Assembly: GCA_964057225.1 (NCBI GenBank)
Contig: OZ059899.1
Location: forward strand, 16,864,001-16,928,000
Direction: 5' to 3'
Source: Auanema rhodensis
Lineage: Eukaryota; Animalia; Nematoda
Length of the DNA stretch: 64,000 bases
The notes under the pieces were generated by a model. It ran no database searches and had not been told where the DNA came from. It saw nothing but the letters and a program-made list of their open reading frames with translations. Made by a program: the position numbers and the translations under genes. Positions 26,201 through 42,900 of this stretch are shown in pieces (the first letter of the stretch is position 1; each line of letters begins with the position of its first letter).

Positions 26201-29200
26201 TGCACCAATATCAATAATATTATGTTTTTAGACTAATATGGACACGCCGAATTCAAATTTGAAAACAGTATCTCTTTATCTTTCACGGGAAGCGAGTTAC
26301 ATACCATGTGCACTTCACTTCTACATTTAATTAGCGTAAATTAAAGCTCACGTAAATTTCAAAGTCATGGTTACCATGCACTAATATCAATAAAAATTTG
26401 TTTTTAGACTAATATGGACATGGGGAATCTAATTTTGAGAACTGCATCTCTTTATCTTTCACGTGAAGCGAGTTACATACCAAGTGCACATCACGTGTAC
26501 ATTTAATTAGCATAAATTAAAGTTCACGTGAATTTCAAAGTCATGGTTACCATGCACCAATATCAATAATATTATGTTTTTAGACTAATATGGACACGCC
26601 GAATTCAAATTTGAAAACAGTATCTCTTTATCTTTCACGGGAAGCGAGTTACATACCATGTGCACTTCACTTCTACATTTAATTAGCATAAATTAAAGTT
26701 CACGTGAATTTCAAAGTCATGGTTACCATGCACCAATATCAATAATATTATGTTTTTAGACTAATATGGACACGCCGAATTCAAATTTGAAAACAGTATC
26801 TCTTTATCTTTTACCGGAATTGAGTTACACAACATGTGCACTTCACTTCTACATTTAATTAGCATAAATTAAAGTTCACGTGAATTTCAAAGTCATGGTT
26901 ACCATGCACCAATATCAATAATATTATGTTTTTAGACTAATATGGACACGCCGAATTCAAATTTGAAAACAGTATCTCTTTATCTTTTACCGGAATTGAG
27001 TTACACAACATGTGCACTTCACTTGTACATTTAATTAGCATAAATTAAAGTTCACGTGAATTTCAAAGTCATGGTTACCATGCACCAATATCAATAATAT
27101 TATGTTTTTAGACTAATATGGACACGCCGAATTCAAATTTGAACACAGTATCTCTTTATCTTTCACGGGAAGCGAGTTACATACCATGTGCACTTCACTT
27201 GTACATTTAATTAGCATAAATTAAAGTTCACGTGAATTTCAAAGTCATGGTTACCATGCACCAATATCAATAATATTATGTTTTTAGACTAATATGGACA
27301 CGCCGAATTCAAATTTGAAAACAGTATCTCTTTATCTTTCACGGGAAGCGAGTTACATACCATGTGCACTTCACTTGTACATTTAATTAGCATAAATTAA
27401 AGTTCACGTGAATTTCAAAGGCATGGTTACCATGCACCAATATCAATAATATTATGTTTTTAGACTAATATGGACACGCGGAATTCAAATTTGAAAACAG
27501 TATCTCTTTATCTTTTACCGGAATTGAGTTACACAACATGTGCACTTCACTTGTACATTTAATTAGCATAAATTAAAGTTCACGTGAATTTCAAAGTCAT
27601 GGTTACCATGCACCAATATCAATAATATTATGTTTTTAGACTAATATGGACACGCCGAATTCAAATTTGAAAACAGTATCTCTTTATCTTTCACGGGAAG
27701 CGAGTTACATACCATGTGCACTTCACTTCTACATTTAATTAGCATAAATTAAAGTTCACGTGAATTTCAAAGTCATGGTTACCATGCACCAATATCAATA
27801 ATATTATGTTTTTAGACTAATATGGACACGCCGAATTCAAATTTGAAAACAGTATCTCTTTATCTTTTACCGGAATTGAGTTACACAACATGTGCACTTC
27901 ACTTGTACATTTAATTAGCATAAATTAAAGTTCACGTGAATTTCAAAGTCATGGTTACCATGCACCAATATCAATAATATTATGTTTTTAGACTAATATG
28001 GACACGCCGAATTCAAATTTGAAAACAGTATCTCTTTATCTTTCACGGGAAGCGAGTTACATACCATGTGCACTTCACTTCTACATTTAATTAGCATAAA
28101 TTAAAGTTCACGTGAATTTCAAAGTCATGGTTACCATGCACCAATATCAATAATATTATGTTTTTAGACTAATATGGACACGCCGAATTCAAATTTGAAA
28201 ACAGTATCTCTTTATCTTTTACCGGAATTGAGTTACACAACATGTGCACTTCACTTCTACATTTAATTAGCATAAATTAAAGTTCACGTGAATTTCAAAG
28301 TCATGGTTACCATGCACCAATATCAATAATATTATGTTTTTAGACTAATATGGACACGCCGAATTCAAATTTGAAAACAGTATCTCTTTATCTTTTACCG
28401 GAATTGAGTTACACAACATGTGCACTTCACTTGTACATTTAATTAGCATAAATTAAAGTTCACGTGAATTTCAAAGTCATGGTTACCATGCACCAATATC
28501 AATAATATTATGTTTTTAGACTAATATGGACACGCCGAATTCAAATTTGAACACAGTATCTCTTTATCTTTCACGGGAAGCGAGTTACATACCATGTGCA
28601 CTTCACTTGTACATTTAATTAGCATAAATTAAAGTTCACGTGAATTTCAAAGTCATGGTTACCATGCACCAATATCAATAATATTATGTTTTTAGACTAA
28701 TATGGACACGCCGAATTCAAATTTGAAAACAGTATCTCTTTATCTTTCACGGGAAGCGAGTTACATACCATGTGCACTTCACTTGTACATTTAATTAGCA
28801 TAAATTAAAGTTCACGTGAATTTCAAAGGCATGGTTACCATGCACCAATATCAATAATATTATGTTTTTAGACTAATATGGACACGCGGAATTCAAATTT
28901 GAAAACAGTATCTCTTTATCTTTTACCGGAATTGAGTTACACAACATGTGCACTTCACTTGTACATTTAATTAGCATAAATTAAAGTTCACGTGAATTTC
29001 AAAGTCATGGTTACCATGCACCAATATCAATAATATTATGTTTTTAGACTAATATGGACACGCCGAATTCAAATTTGAAAACAGTATCTCTTTATCTTTC
29101 ACGGGAAGCGAGTTACATACCATGTGCACTTCACTTCTACATTTAATTAGCATAAATTAAAGTTCACGTGAATTTCAAAGTCATGGTTACCATGCACCAA

Positions 29201-32200
29201 TATCAATAATATTATGTTTTTAGACTAATATGGACACGCCGAATTCAAATTTGAAAACAGTATCTCTTTATCTTTTACCGGAATTGAGTTACACAACATG
29301 TGCACTTCACTTGTACATTTAATTAGCATAAATTAAAGTTCACGTGAATTTCAAAGTCATGGTTACCATGCACCAATATCAATAATATTATGTTTTTAGA
29401 CTAATATGGACACGCCGAATTCAAATTTGAAAACAGTATCTCTTTATCTTTCACGGGAAGCGAGTTACATACCATGTGCACTTCACTTCTACATTTAATT
29501 AGCATAAATTAAAGTTCACGTGAATTTCAAAGTCATGGTTACCATGCACCAATATCAATAAAAATTTGTTTTTAGACTAATATGGACATGGGGAATCTAA
29601 TTTTGAGAACTGCATCTCTTTATCTTTCACGTGAAGCGAGTTACATACCAAGTGCACATCACGTGTACATTTAATTAGCATAAATTAAAGTTCACGTGAA
29701 TTTCAAAGTCATGGTTACCATGCACCAATATCAATAATATTATGTTTTTAGACTAATATGGACACGCCGAATTCAAATTTGAAAACAGTATCTCTTTATC
29801 TTTCACGGGAAGCGAGTTACATACCATGTGCACTTCACTTCTACATTTAATTAGCGTAAATTAAAGCTCACGTAAATTTCAAAGTCATGGTTACCATGCA
29901 CCAATATCAATAATATTATGTTTTTAGACTAATATGGACACGCCGAATTCAAATTTGAAAACAGCATCTCTTTATCTTTCACGGGAAGCGAGTTACATAC
30001 CATGTGCACTTCACTTCTACATTTAATTAGCATAAATTAAAGTTCACGTGAATTTCAAAGTCATGGTTACCATGCACCAATATCAATAAAAATTTGTTTT
30101 TAGACTAATATGGACATGGGGAATCTAATTTTGAGAACTGCATCTCTTTATCTTTCACGTGAAGCGAGTTACATACCAAGTGCACATCACGTGTACATTT
30201 AATTAGCATAAATTAAAGTTCACGTGAATTTCAAAGTCATGGTTACCATGCACCAATATCAATAATATTATGTTTTTAGACTAATATGGACACGCCGAAT
30301 TCAAATTTGAAAACAGTATCTCTTTATCTTTCACGGGAAGCGAGTTACATACCATGTGCACTTCACTTCTACATTTAATTAGCGTAAATTAAAGCTCACG
30401 TAAATTTCAAAGTCATGGTTACCATGCACTAATATCAATAAAAATTTGTTTTTAGACTAATATGGACATGGGGAATCTAATTTTGAGAACTGCATCTCTT
30501 TATCTTTCACGTGAAGCGAGTTACATACCAAGTGCACATCACGTGTACATTTAATTAGCATAAATTAAAGTTCACGTGAATTTCAAAGTCATGGTTACCA
30601 TGCACCAATATCAATAATATTATGTTTTTAGACTAATATGGACACGCCGAATTCAAATTTGAAAACAGTATCTCTTTATCTTTCACGGGAAGCGAGTTAC
30701 ATACCATGTGCACTTCACTTCTACATTTAATTAGCATAAATTAAAGTTCACGTGAATTTCAAAGTCATGGTTACCATGCACCAATATCAATAATATTATG
30801 TTTTTAGACTAATATGGACACGCCGAATTCAAATTTGAAAACAGTATCTCTTTATCTTTTACCGGAATTGAGTTACACAACATGTGCACTTCACTTGTAC
30901 ATTTAATTAGCATAAATTAAAGTTCACGTGAATTTCAAAGTCATGGTTACCATGCACCAATATCAATAATATTATGTTTTTAGACTAATATGGACACGCC
31001 GAATTCAAATTTGAAAACAGTATCTCTTTATCTTTCACGGGAAGCGAGTTACATACCATGTGCACTTCACTTCTACATTTAATTAGCATAAATTAAAGTT
31101 CACGTGAATTTCAAAGTCATGGTTACCATGCACCAATATCAATAATATTATGTTTTTAGACTAATATGGACACGCCGAATTCAAATTTGAAAACAGTATC
31201 TCTTTATCTTTTACCGGAATTGAATTACACAACATGTGCACTTCACTTGTACATTTAATTAGCATAAATTAAAGTTCACGTGAATTTCAAAGTCATGGTT
31301 ACCATGCACCAATATCAATAATATTATGTTTTTAGACTAATATGGACACGCCGAATTCAAATTTGAACACAGTATCTCTTTATCTTTCACGGGAAGCGAG
31401 TTACATACCATGTGCACTTCACTTGTACATTTAATTAGCATAAATTAAAGTTCACGTGAATTTCAAAGTCATGGTTACCATGCACCAATATCAATAATAT
31501 TATGTTTTTAGACTAATATGGACACGCCGAATTCAAATTTGAAAACAGTATCTCTTTATCTTTTACCGGAATTGAATTACACAACATGTGCACTTCACTT
31601 GTACATTTAATTAGCATAAATTAAAGTTCACGTGAATTTCAAAGTCATGGTTACCATGCACCAATATCAATAATATTATGTTTTTAGACTAATATGGACA
31701 CGCCGAATTCAAATTTGAAAACAGTATCTCTTTATCTTTTACCGGAATTGAATTACACAACATGTGCACTTCACTTGTACATTTAATTAGCATAAATTAA
31801 AGTTCACGTGAATTTCAAAGTCATGGTTACCATGCACCAATATCAATAATATTATGTTTTTAGACTAATATGGACACGCCGAATTCAAATTTGAACACAG
31901 TATCTCTTTATCTTTCACGGGAAGCGAGTTACATACCATGTGCACTTCACTTGTACATTTAATTAGCATAAATTAAAGTTCACGTGAATTTCAAAGTCAT
32001 GGTTACCATGCACCAATATCAATAATATTATGTTTTTAGACTAATATGGACACGCCGAATTCAAATTTGAAAACAGTATCTCTTTATCTTTTACCGGAAT
32101 TGAATTACCCAACATGTGCACTTCACTTGTACATTTAATTAGCATAAATTAAAGTTCACGTGAATTTCAAAGTCATGGTTACCATGCACCAATATCAATA

Positions 32201-35200
32201 ATATTATGTTTTTAGACTAATATGGACACGCGGAATTCAAATTTGAAAACAGTATCTCTTTATCTTTTACCGGAATTGAGTTACACAACATGTGCACTTC
32301 ACTTGTACATTTAATTAGCATAAATTAAAGTTCACGTGAATTTCAAAGTCATGGTTACCATGCACCAATATCAATAATATTATGTTTTTAGACTAATATG
32401 GACACGCCGAATTCAAATTTGAAAACAGTATCTCTTTATCTTTTACCGGAATTGAGTTACACAACATGTGCACTTCACTTGTACATTTAATTAGCATAAA
32501 TTAAAGTTCACGTGAATTTCAAAGTCATGGTTACCATGCACCAATATCAATAATATTATGTTTTAAGACTAATATGGACACGCGGAATTCAAATTTGAAA
32601 ACAGTATCTCTTTATCTTTTACCGGAATTGAGTTACACAACATGTGCACTTCACTTGTACATTTAATTAGCATAAATTAAAGTTCACGTGAATTTCAAAG
32701 TCATGGTTACCATGCACCAATATCAATAATATTATGTTTTTAGACTAATATGGACACGCCGAATTCAAATTTGAACACAGTATCTCTTTATCTTTCACGG
32801 GAAGCGAGTTACATACCATGTGCACTTCACTTCTACATTTAATTAGCATAAATTAAAGTTCACGTGAATTTCAAAGTCATGGTTACCATGCACCAATATC
32901 AATAATATTATGTTTTTAGACTAATATGGACACGCCGAATTCAAATTTGAAAACAGTATCTCTTTATCTTTTACCGGAAGCGAGTTACATACCATGTGCA
33001 CTTCACTTCTACATTTAATTAGCATAAATTAAAGTTCACGTGAATTTCAAAGTCATGGTTACCATGCACCAATATCAATAATATTATGTTTTTAGACTAA
33101 TATGGACACGCCGAATTCAAATTTGAAAACAGTATCTCTTTATCTTTTACCGGAAGCGAGTTACATACCATGTGCACTTCACTTCTACATTTAATTAGCA
33201 TAAATTAAAGTTCACGTGAATTTCAAAGTCATGGTTACCATGCACCAATATCAATAATATTATGTTTTTAGACTAATATGGACACGCGGAATTCAAATTT
33301 GAAAACAGTATCTCTTTATCTTTTACCGGAATTGAGTTACACAACATGTGCACTTCACTTGTACATTTAATTAGCATAAATTAAAGTTCACGTGAATTTC
33401 AAAGTCATGGTTACCATGCACCAATATCAATAATATTATGTTTTTAGACTAATATGGACACGCCGAATTCAAATTTGAAAACAGTATCTCTTTATCTTTT
33501 ACCGGAATTGAGTTACACAACATGTGCACTTCACTTGTACATTTAATTAGCATAAATTAAAGTTCACGTGAATTTCAAAGTCATGGTTACCATGCACCAA
33601 TATCAATAATATTATGTTTTAAGACTAATATGGACACGCCGAATTCAAATTTGAAAACAGTATCTCTTTATCTTTTACCGGAATTGAGTTACACAACATG
33701 TGCACTTCACTTGTACATTTAATTAGCATAAATTAAAGTTCACGTGAATTTCAAAGTCATGGTTACCATGCACCAATATCAATAATATTATGTTTTTAGA
33801 CTAATATGGACACGCGGAATTCAAATTTGAAAACAGTATCTCTTTATCTTTTACCGGAATTGAGTTACACAACATGTGCACTTCACTTGTACATTTAATT
33901 AGCATAAATTAAAGTTCACGTGAATTTCAAAGTCATGGTTACCATGCACCAATATCAATAATATTATGTTTTTAGACTAATATGGACACGCCGAATTCAA
34001 ATTTGAACACAGTATCTCTTTATCTTTCACGGGAAGCGAGTTACATACCATGTGCACTTCACTTCTACATTTAATTAGCATAAATTAAAGTTCACGTGAA
34101 TTTCAAAGTCATGGTTACCATGCACCAATATCAATAATATTATGTTTTTAGACTAATATGGACACGCCGAATTCAAATTTGAAAACAGTATCTCTTTATC
34201 TTTTACCGGAAGCGAGTTACATACCATGTGCACTTCACTTCTACATTTAATTAGCATAAATTAAAGTTCACGTGAATTTCAAAGTCATGGTTACCATGCA
34301 CCAATATCAATAATATTATGTTTTTAGACTAATATGGACACGCCGAATTCAAATTTGAAAACAGTATCTCTTTATCTTTTACCGGAAGCGAGTTACATAC
34401 CATGTGCACTTCACTTCTACATTTAATTAGCATAAATTAAAGTTCACGTGAATTTCAAAGTCATGGTTACCATGCACCAATATCAATAAAAATTTGTTTT
34501 TAGACTAATATGGACATGGGGAATCTAATTTTGAGAACTGCATCTCTTTATCTTTCACGTGAAGCGAGTTACATACCAAGTGCACATCACGTGTACATTT
34601 AATTAGCATAAATTAAAGTTCACGTAAATTTCAAAGTCATGGTTACCATGCACTAATATCAATAAAAATTTGTTTTTAGACTAATATGGACATGGGGAAT
34701 CTAATTTTGAGAACTGCATCTCTTTATCTTTCACGTGAAGCGAGTTACATACCAAGTGCACATCACGTGTACATTTAATTAGCATAAATTAAAGTTCACG
34801 TAAATTTCAAAGTCATGGTCACCATGCACCAATATCAATAATATTATGTTTTTAGACTAATATGGACACGCCGAATTCAAATTTGAAAACAGTATCTCTT
34901 TATCTTTCACGGGAAGCGAGTTACATACCATGTGCACTTCACTTCTACATTTAATTATCATAAATCAAAGTTCACGTGAATTTCAAAGTCATGGTCACCA
35001 TGCACCAATATCAATAATATTATGTTTTTAGACTAATATGGACACGCCGAATTCAAATTTGAAAACAGTATCTCTTTATCTTTTACCGGAAGCGAGTTAC
35101 ATACCATGTGCACTTCACTTCTACATTTAATTAGCATAAATTAAAGTTCACGTGAATTTCAAAGTCATGGTTACCATGCACCAATATCAATAATATTATG

Positions 35201-38200
35201 TTTTTAGACTAATATGGACACGCCGAATTCAAATTTGAAAACAGTATCTCTTTATCTTTCACGGGAAGCGAGTTACATACCATGTGCACTTCACTTCTAC
35301 ATTTAATTAGCATAAATTAAAGTTCACGTGAATTTGAAAGTCATGGTTACCATGCACCAATATCAATAAAAATTTGTTTTTAGACTAATATGGACATGGG
35401 GAATCTAATTTTGAGAACTGCATCTCTTTATCTTTCACGTGAAGCGAGTTACATACCAAGTGCACATCACGTGTACATTTAATTAGCATAAATTAAAGTT
35501 CACGTAAATTTCAAAGTCATGGTTACCATGCACCAATATCAATAATATTATGTTTTTAGACTAATATGGACACGCCGAATTCAAATCTGAAAACAGTATC
35601 TCTTTATCTTTCACGGGAAGCGAGTTACATACCATGTGCACTTCACTTCTACATTTAATTAGCATAAATTAAAGTTCACGTAAATTTCAAAGTCATGGTT
35701 ACCATGCACCAATATCAATAATATTATGTTTTTAGACTAATATGGACACGCCGAATTCAAATTTGAAAACAGTATCTCTTTATCTTTCACGGGAAGCGAG
35801 TTACATACCATGTGCACTTCACTTCTACATTTAATTAGCATAAATTAAAGTTCACGTGAATTTCAAAGTCATGGTTACCATGCACCAATATCAATAATAT
35901 TATGTTTTTAGACTAATATGGACACGCCGAATTCAAATTTGAAAACAGTATCTCTTTATCTTTCACGGGAAGCGAGTTACATACCATGTGCACTTCACTT
36001 CTACATTTAATTAGCATAAATTAAAGTTCACGTAAATTTCAAAGTCATGGTTACCATGCACCAATATCAATAATATTATGTTTTTAGACTAATATGGACA
36101 CGCCGAATTCAAATTTGAAAACAGTATCTCTTTATCTTTCACGGGAAGCGAGTTACATACCATGTGCACTTCACTTCTACATTTAATTAGCATAAATTAA
36201 AGTTCACGTGAATTTCAAAGTCATGGTTACCATGCACCAATATCAATAAAAATTTGTTTTTAGACTAATATGGACATGGGGAATCTAATTTTGAGAACTG
36301 CATCTCTTTATCTTTCACGTGAAGCGAGTTACATACCAAGTGCACATCACGTGTACATTTAATTAGCATAAATTAAAGTTCACGTGAATTTCAAAGTCAT
36401 GGTTACCATGCACCAATATCAATAATATTATGTTTTTAGACTAATATGGACACGCCGAATTCAAATCTGAAAACAGTATCTCTTTATCTTTCACGGGAAG
36501 CAAGTTACATACCATGTGCACTTCACTTCTACATTTAATTAGCATAAATTAAAGTTCACGTAAATTTCAAAGTCATGGTTACCATGCACTAATATCAATA
36601 AAAATTTGTTTTTAGACTAATATGGACATGGGGAATCTAATTTTGAGAACTGCATCTCTTTATCTTTCACGTGAAGCGAGTTACATACCAAGTGCACATC
36701 ACGTGTACATTTAATTAGCATAAATTAAAGTTCACGTGAATTTCAAAGTCATGGTTACCATGCACCAATATCAATAATATTATGTTTTTAGACTAATATG
36801 GACACGCCGAATTCAAATTTGAAAACAGTATCTCTTTATCTTTTACCGGAATTGAGTTACACAACATGTGCACTTCACTTCTACATTTAAATAGCATAAA
36901 TTAAAGTTCACGTGAATTTCAAAGTCATGGTTACCATGCACCAATATCAATAATATTATGTTTTTGGACTAATATGGACACGCCGAATTCAAATTTGAAA
37001 ACAGTATCTCTTTATCTTTTACCGGAATTGAGTTACACAACATGTGCACTTCACTTCTACATTTAAATAGCATAAATTAAAGTTCACGTGAATTTCAAAG
37101 TCATGGTTACCATGCACCAATATCAATAATATTATGTTTTTAGACTAATATGGACACGCCGAATTCAAATTTGAAAACAGTATCTCTTTATCTTTCACGG
37201 GAAGCGAGTTACATACCATGTGCACTTCACTTCTACATTTAATTAGCATAAATTAAAGTTCACGTGAATTTCAAAGTCATGGTTACCATGCACCAATATC
37301 AATAAAAATTTGTTTTTAGACTAATATGGACATGGGAAATCTAATTTTGAGAACTGCATCTCTTTATCTTTCACGTGAAGCGAGTTACATACCAAGTGCA
37401 CATCACGTGTACATTTAATTAGCATAAATTAAAGTTCACGTAAATATCAAAGTCATGGTTACCATGCACCAATATCAATAATATTATGTTTTTAGACTAA
37501 TATGGACATGGGGAATCTAATTTGAACACAGTATCTCTTTATCTTTCACGGGAAGCGAGTTACATACCATGTGCACTTCACTTGTACATTTAATTAGCAT
37601 AAATTAAAGTTCACGTGAATTTCAAAGTCATGGTTACCATGCACCAATATCAATAATATTATGTTTTTGGACTAATATGGACACGCCGAATTCAAATTTG
37701 AAAACAGTATCTCTTTATCTTTTACCGGAATTGAGTTACACAACATGTGCACTTCACTTGTGCATTTAATTAGCATAAATTAAAGTTCACGTGAATTTCA
37801 AAGTCATGGTTACCATGCACCAATATCAATAATATTATGTTTTTAGACTAATATGGACACGCCGAATTCAAATTTGAAAACAGTATCTCTTTATCTTTTA
37901 CCGGAATTGAGTTACACAACATGTGCACTTCACTTGTACATTTAATTAGCATAAATTAAAGTTCACGTGAATTTCAAAGTCATGGTTACCATGCACCAAT
38001 ATCAATAATATTATGTTTTTAGACTAATATGGACACGCCGAATTCAAATTTGAACACAGTATCTCTTTATCTTTCACGGGAAGCGAGTTACATACCATGT
38101 GCACTTCACTTGTACATTTAATTAGCATAAATTAAAGTTCACGTGAATTTGAAAGTCATGGTTACCATGCACCAATATCAATAATATTATGTTTTTAGAC

Positions 38201-39979
38201 TAATATGGACACGCGGAATTCAAATTTGAAAACAGTATCTCTTTATCTTTCACGGGAAGCGAGTTACATACCATGTGCACTTCACTTGTACATTTAATTA
38301 GCATAAATTAAAGTTCACGTAAATATCAAAGTCATGGTTACCATGCACCAATATCAATAATATTATGTTTTTAGACTAATATGGACACGCGGAATTCAGA
38401 TTTGAAAACAGTATCTCTTTATCTTTCACGGGAAGCGAGTTACATACCATGTGCACTTCACTTGTATATTTAATTATCATAAATTAAAGTTCACGTGAAT
38501 TTCAAAGTCATGGTTACCATGCACCAATATCAATAATATTATGTTTTTAGACTAATATGGACACGCGGAATTCAGATTTGAAAACAGTATCTCTTTATCT
38601 TTTACCGGAATTGAGTTACACAACATGTGCACTTCACTTGTACATTTAATTAGCATAAATTAAAGTTCACGTGAATTTCAAAGTCATGGTCACCATGCAC
38701 CAATATCAATAATATTATGTTTTTAGACTAATATGGACACGCCGAATTCAAATTTGAAAACAGTATCTCTTTATCTTTTACCGGAAGCGAGTTACATACC
38801 ATGTGCACTTCACTTCTACATTTAATTAGCATAAATTAAAGTTCACGTGAATTTCAAAGTCATGGTTACCATGCACCAATATCAATAATATTATGTTTTT
38901 AGACTAATATGGACACGCCGAATTCAAATTTGGAAACAGTATCTCTTTATCTTTCACGGGAAGCGAGTTACATACCATGTGCACTTCACTTCTACATTTA
39001 ATTAGCATAAATTAAAGTTCACGTGAATTTCAAAGTCATGGTTACCATGCACCAATATCAATAAAAATTTGTTTTTAGACTAATATGGACATGGGGAATC
39101 TAATTTTGAGAACTGCATCTCTTTATCTTTCACGTGAAGCGAGTTACATACCAAGTGCACATCACGTGTACATTTAATTAGCATAAATTAAAGTTCACGT
39201 GAATTTCAAAGTCATGGTTACCATGCACCAATATCAATAATATTATGTTTTTAGACTAATATGGATACGCCGAATTCAAATTTGAAAACAGTATCTCTTT
39301 ATCTTTTACCGGAAGCGAGTTACATACCATGTGCACTTCACTTCTACATTTAATTAGCATAAATTAAAGTTCACGTAAATTTCAAAGTCATGGTTACCAT
39401 GCACCAATATCAATAAAAATTTGTTTTTAGACTAATATGGACATGGGGAATCTAATTTTGAGAACTGCATCTCTTTATCTTTCACGTGAAGCGAGTTACA
39501 TACCAAGTGCACATCACGTGTACATTTAATTAGCATAAATTAAAGTTCACGTGAATTTCAAAGTCATGGTTACCATGCACCAATATCAATAATATTATGT
39601 TTTTAGACTAATATGGACACGCCGAATTCAAATCTGAAAACAGTATCTCTTTATCTTTCACGGGAAGCGAGTTACATACCATGTGCACTTCACTTCTACA
39701 TTTAATTAGCATAAATTAATGCTCACGTAAATTTCAAAGTCATGGTTACCATGCACTAATATCAATAAAAATTTGTTTTTAGACTAATATGGACATGGGG
39801 AATCTAATTTTGAGAACTGCATCTCTTTATCTTTCACGTGAAGCGAGTTACATACCAAGTGCACATCACGTGTACATTTAATTAGCATAAATTAAAGTTC
39901 ACGTGAATTTCAAAGTCATGGTTACCATGCACCAATATCAATAATATTATGTTTTTAGACTAATATGGACACGCGGAAT

Positions 39980-42900
39980 TCAAATTTGAAAACAGTATCT
40001 CTTTATCTTTTACCGGAATTGAGTTACACAACATGTGCACTTCACTTGTACATTTAATTAGCATAAATTAAAGTTCACGTGAATTTCAAAGTCATGGTTA
40101 CCATGCACCAATATCAATAATATTATGTTTTTAGACTAATATGGACACGCCGAATTCAAATTTGAACACAGTATCTCTTTATCTTTCACGGGAAGCGAGT
40201 TACATACCATGTGCACTTCACTTGTATATTTAATTATCATAAATCAAAGTTCACGTGAATTTCAAAGTCATGGTCACCATGCACCAATATCAATAATATT
40301 ATGTTTTTAGACTAACATGGACACGCCAAATTCAAATTTGAACACAGTATCTCTTTATCTTTCACGGGAAGCGAGTTACATACCATGTGCACTTCACTTG
40401 TACATTTAATTAGCATAAATTAAAGTTCACGTGAATTTCAAAGTCATGGTTACCATACACCAATATCAATAATATTATGTTTTTAGACTAACATGGACAC
40501 GCCAAATTCAAATTTGAAAACAGTATCTCTTTATCTTTCACGGGAAGCGAGTTACATACCATGTGCACTTCACTTCTACATTTAATTAGCATAAATTAAA
40601 GTTCACGTGAATTTCAAAGTCATGGTTACCATACACCAATATCAATAATATTATGTTTTTAGACTAATATGGACACGCCGAATTCAAATTTGAAAACAGT
40701 ATCTCTTTATCTTTCACGGGAAGCGAGTTACATACCATGTGCACTTCACTTGTATATTTAATTATCATAAATCAAAGTTCACGTGAATTTCAAAGTCATG
40801 GTCACCATGCACCAATATCAATAATATTATGTTTTTAGACTAACATGGACACGCCAAATTCAAATTTGAACACAGTATCTCTTTATCTTTCACGGGAAGC
40901 GAGTTACATACCATGTGCACTTCACTTGTACATTTAATTAGCATAAATTAAAGTTCACGTGAATTTCAAAGTCATGGTTACCATACACCAATATCAATAA
41001 TATTATGTTTTTAGACTAACATGGACACGCCAAATTCAAATTTGAAAACAGTATCTCTTTATCTTTCACGGGAAGCGAGTTACATACCATGTGCACTTCA
41101 CTTCTACATTTAATTAGCATAAATTAAAGTTCACGTGAATTTCAAAGTCATGGTTACCATACACCAATATCAATAATATTATGTTTTTAGACTAATATGG
41201 ACACGCCGAATTCAAATTTGAAAACAGTATCTCTTTATCTTTCACGGGAAGCGAGTTACATACCATGTGCACTTCACTTCTACATTTAATTATCATAAAT
41301 CAAAGTTCACGTGAATTTCAAAGTCATGGTCACCATGCACCAATATCAATAATATTATGTTTTTAGACTAACATGGACACGCCAAATTCAAATTTGAACA
41401 CAGTATCTCTTTATCTTTCACGGGAAGCGAGTTACATACCATGTGCACTTCACTTCTACATTTAATTAGCATAAATTAAAGTTCACGTGAATTTCAAAGT
41501 CATGGTTACCATACACCAATATCAATAATATTGTGTTTTTAGACTAATATGGACACGCCGAATTCAAATTTGAAAACAGTATCTCTTTATCTTTTACCGG
41601 AATTGAGTTACACAACATGTGCACTTCACTTCTACATTTAATTAGCATAAATTAAAGTTCACGTGAATTTCAAAGTCATGGTTACCATGCACCAATATCA
41701 ATAAAAATTTGTTTTTAGACTAATATGGACATGGGGAATCTAATTTTGAGAACTGCATCTCTTTATCTTTCACGTGAAGCGAGTTACATACCAAGTGCAC
41801 ATCACGTGTACATTTAATTAGCATAAATTAAAGTTCACGTGAATTTCAAAGTCATGGTTACCATGCACCAATATCAATAATATTATGTTTTTAGACTAAT
41901 ATGGACACGCCGAATTCAAATCTGAAAACAGTATCTCTTTATCTTTCACGGGAAGCTAGTTACATACCATGTGCACTTCACTTCTACATTTAATTAGCAT
42001 AAATTAAAGTTCACGTAAATTTCAAAGTCATGGTTACCATGCACTAATATCAATAAAAATTTGTTTTTAGACTAATATGGATATGGGGAATCTAATTTTG
42101 AGAACTGCATCTCTTTATCTTTCACGTGAAGCGAGTTACATACCAAGTGCACATCACGTGTACATTTAATTAGCATAAATTAAAGTTCACGTGAATTTCA
42201 AAGTCATGGTTACCATGCACCAATATCAATATTATTATGTTTTTAGACTAATATGGACACGCCGAATTCAAATTTGAAAACAGTATCTCTTTATCTTTCA
42301 CGGGAAGCGAGTTACATACCATGTGCACTTCACTTCTACATTTAATTAGCATAAATTAAAGTTCACGTGAATTTCAAAGTCATTGTTACCATGCACCAAT
42401 ATCAATAATATTATGTTTTTAGACTAATATGGACACGCCGAATTCAAATTTGAAAACAGTATCTCTTTATCTTTTACCGGAATTGAGTTACACAACATGT
42501 GCACTTCACTTGTACATTTAATTAGCATAAATTAAAGTTCACGTGAATTTCAAAGTCATGGTTACCATGCACCAATATCAATAATATTATGTTTTTAGAC
42601 TAATATGGACACGCCGAATTCAAATTTGAAAACAGTATCTCTTTATCTTTTACCGGAATTGAGTTACACAACATGTGCACTTCACTTGTACATTTAATTA
42701 GCATAAATTAAAGTTCACGTGAATTTCAAAGTCATGGTTACCATGCACCAATATCAATAATATTATGTTTTTAGACTAATATGGACACGCCGAATTCAAA
42801 TTTGAAAACAGTATCTCTTTATCTTTCACGTGAAGCGAGTTACATACCAAGTGCACATCACGTGTACATTTAATTAGCATAAATTAAAGTTCACGTAAAT

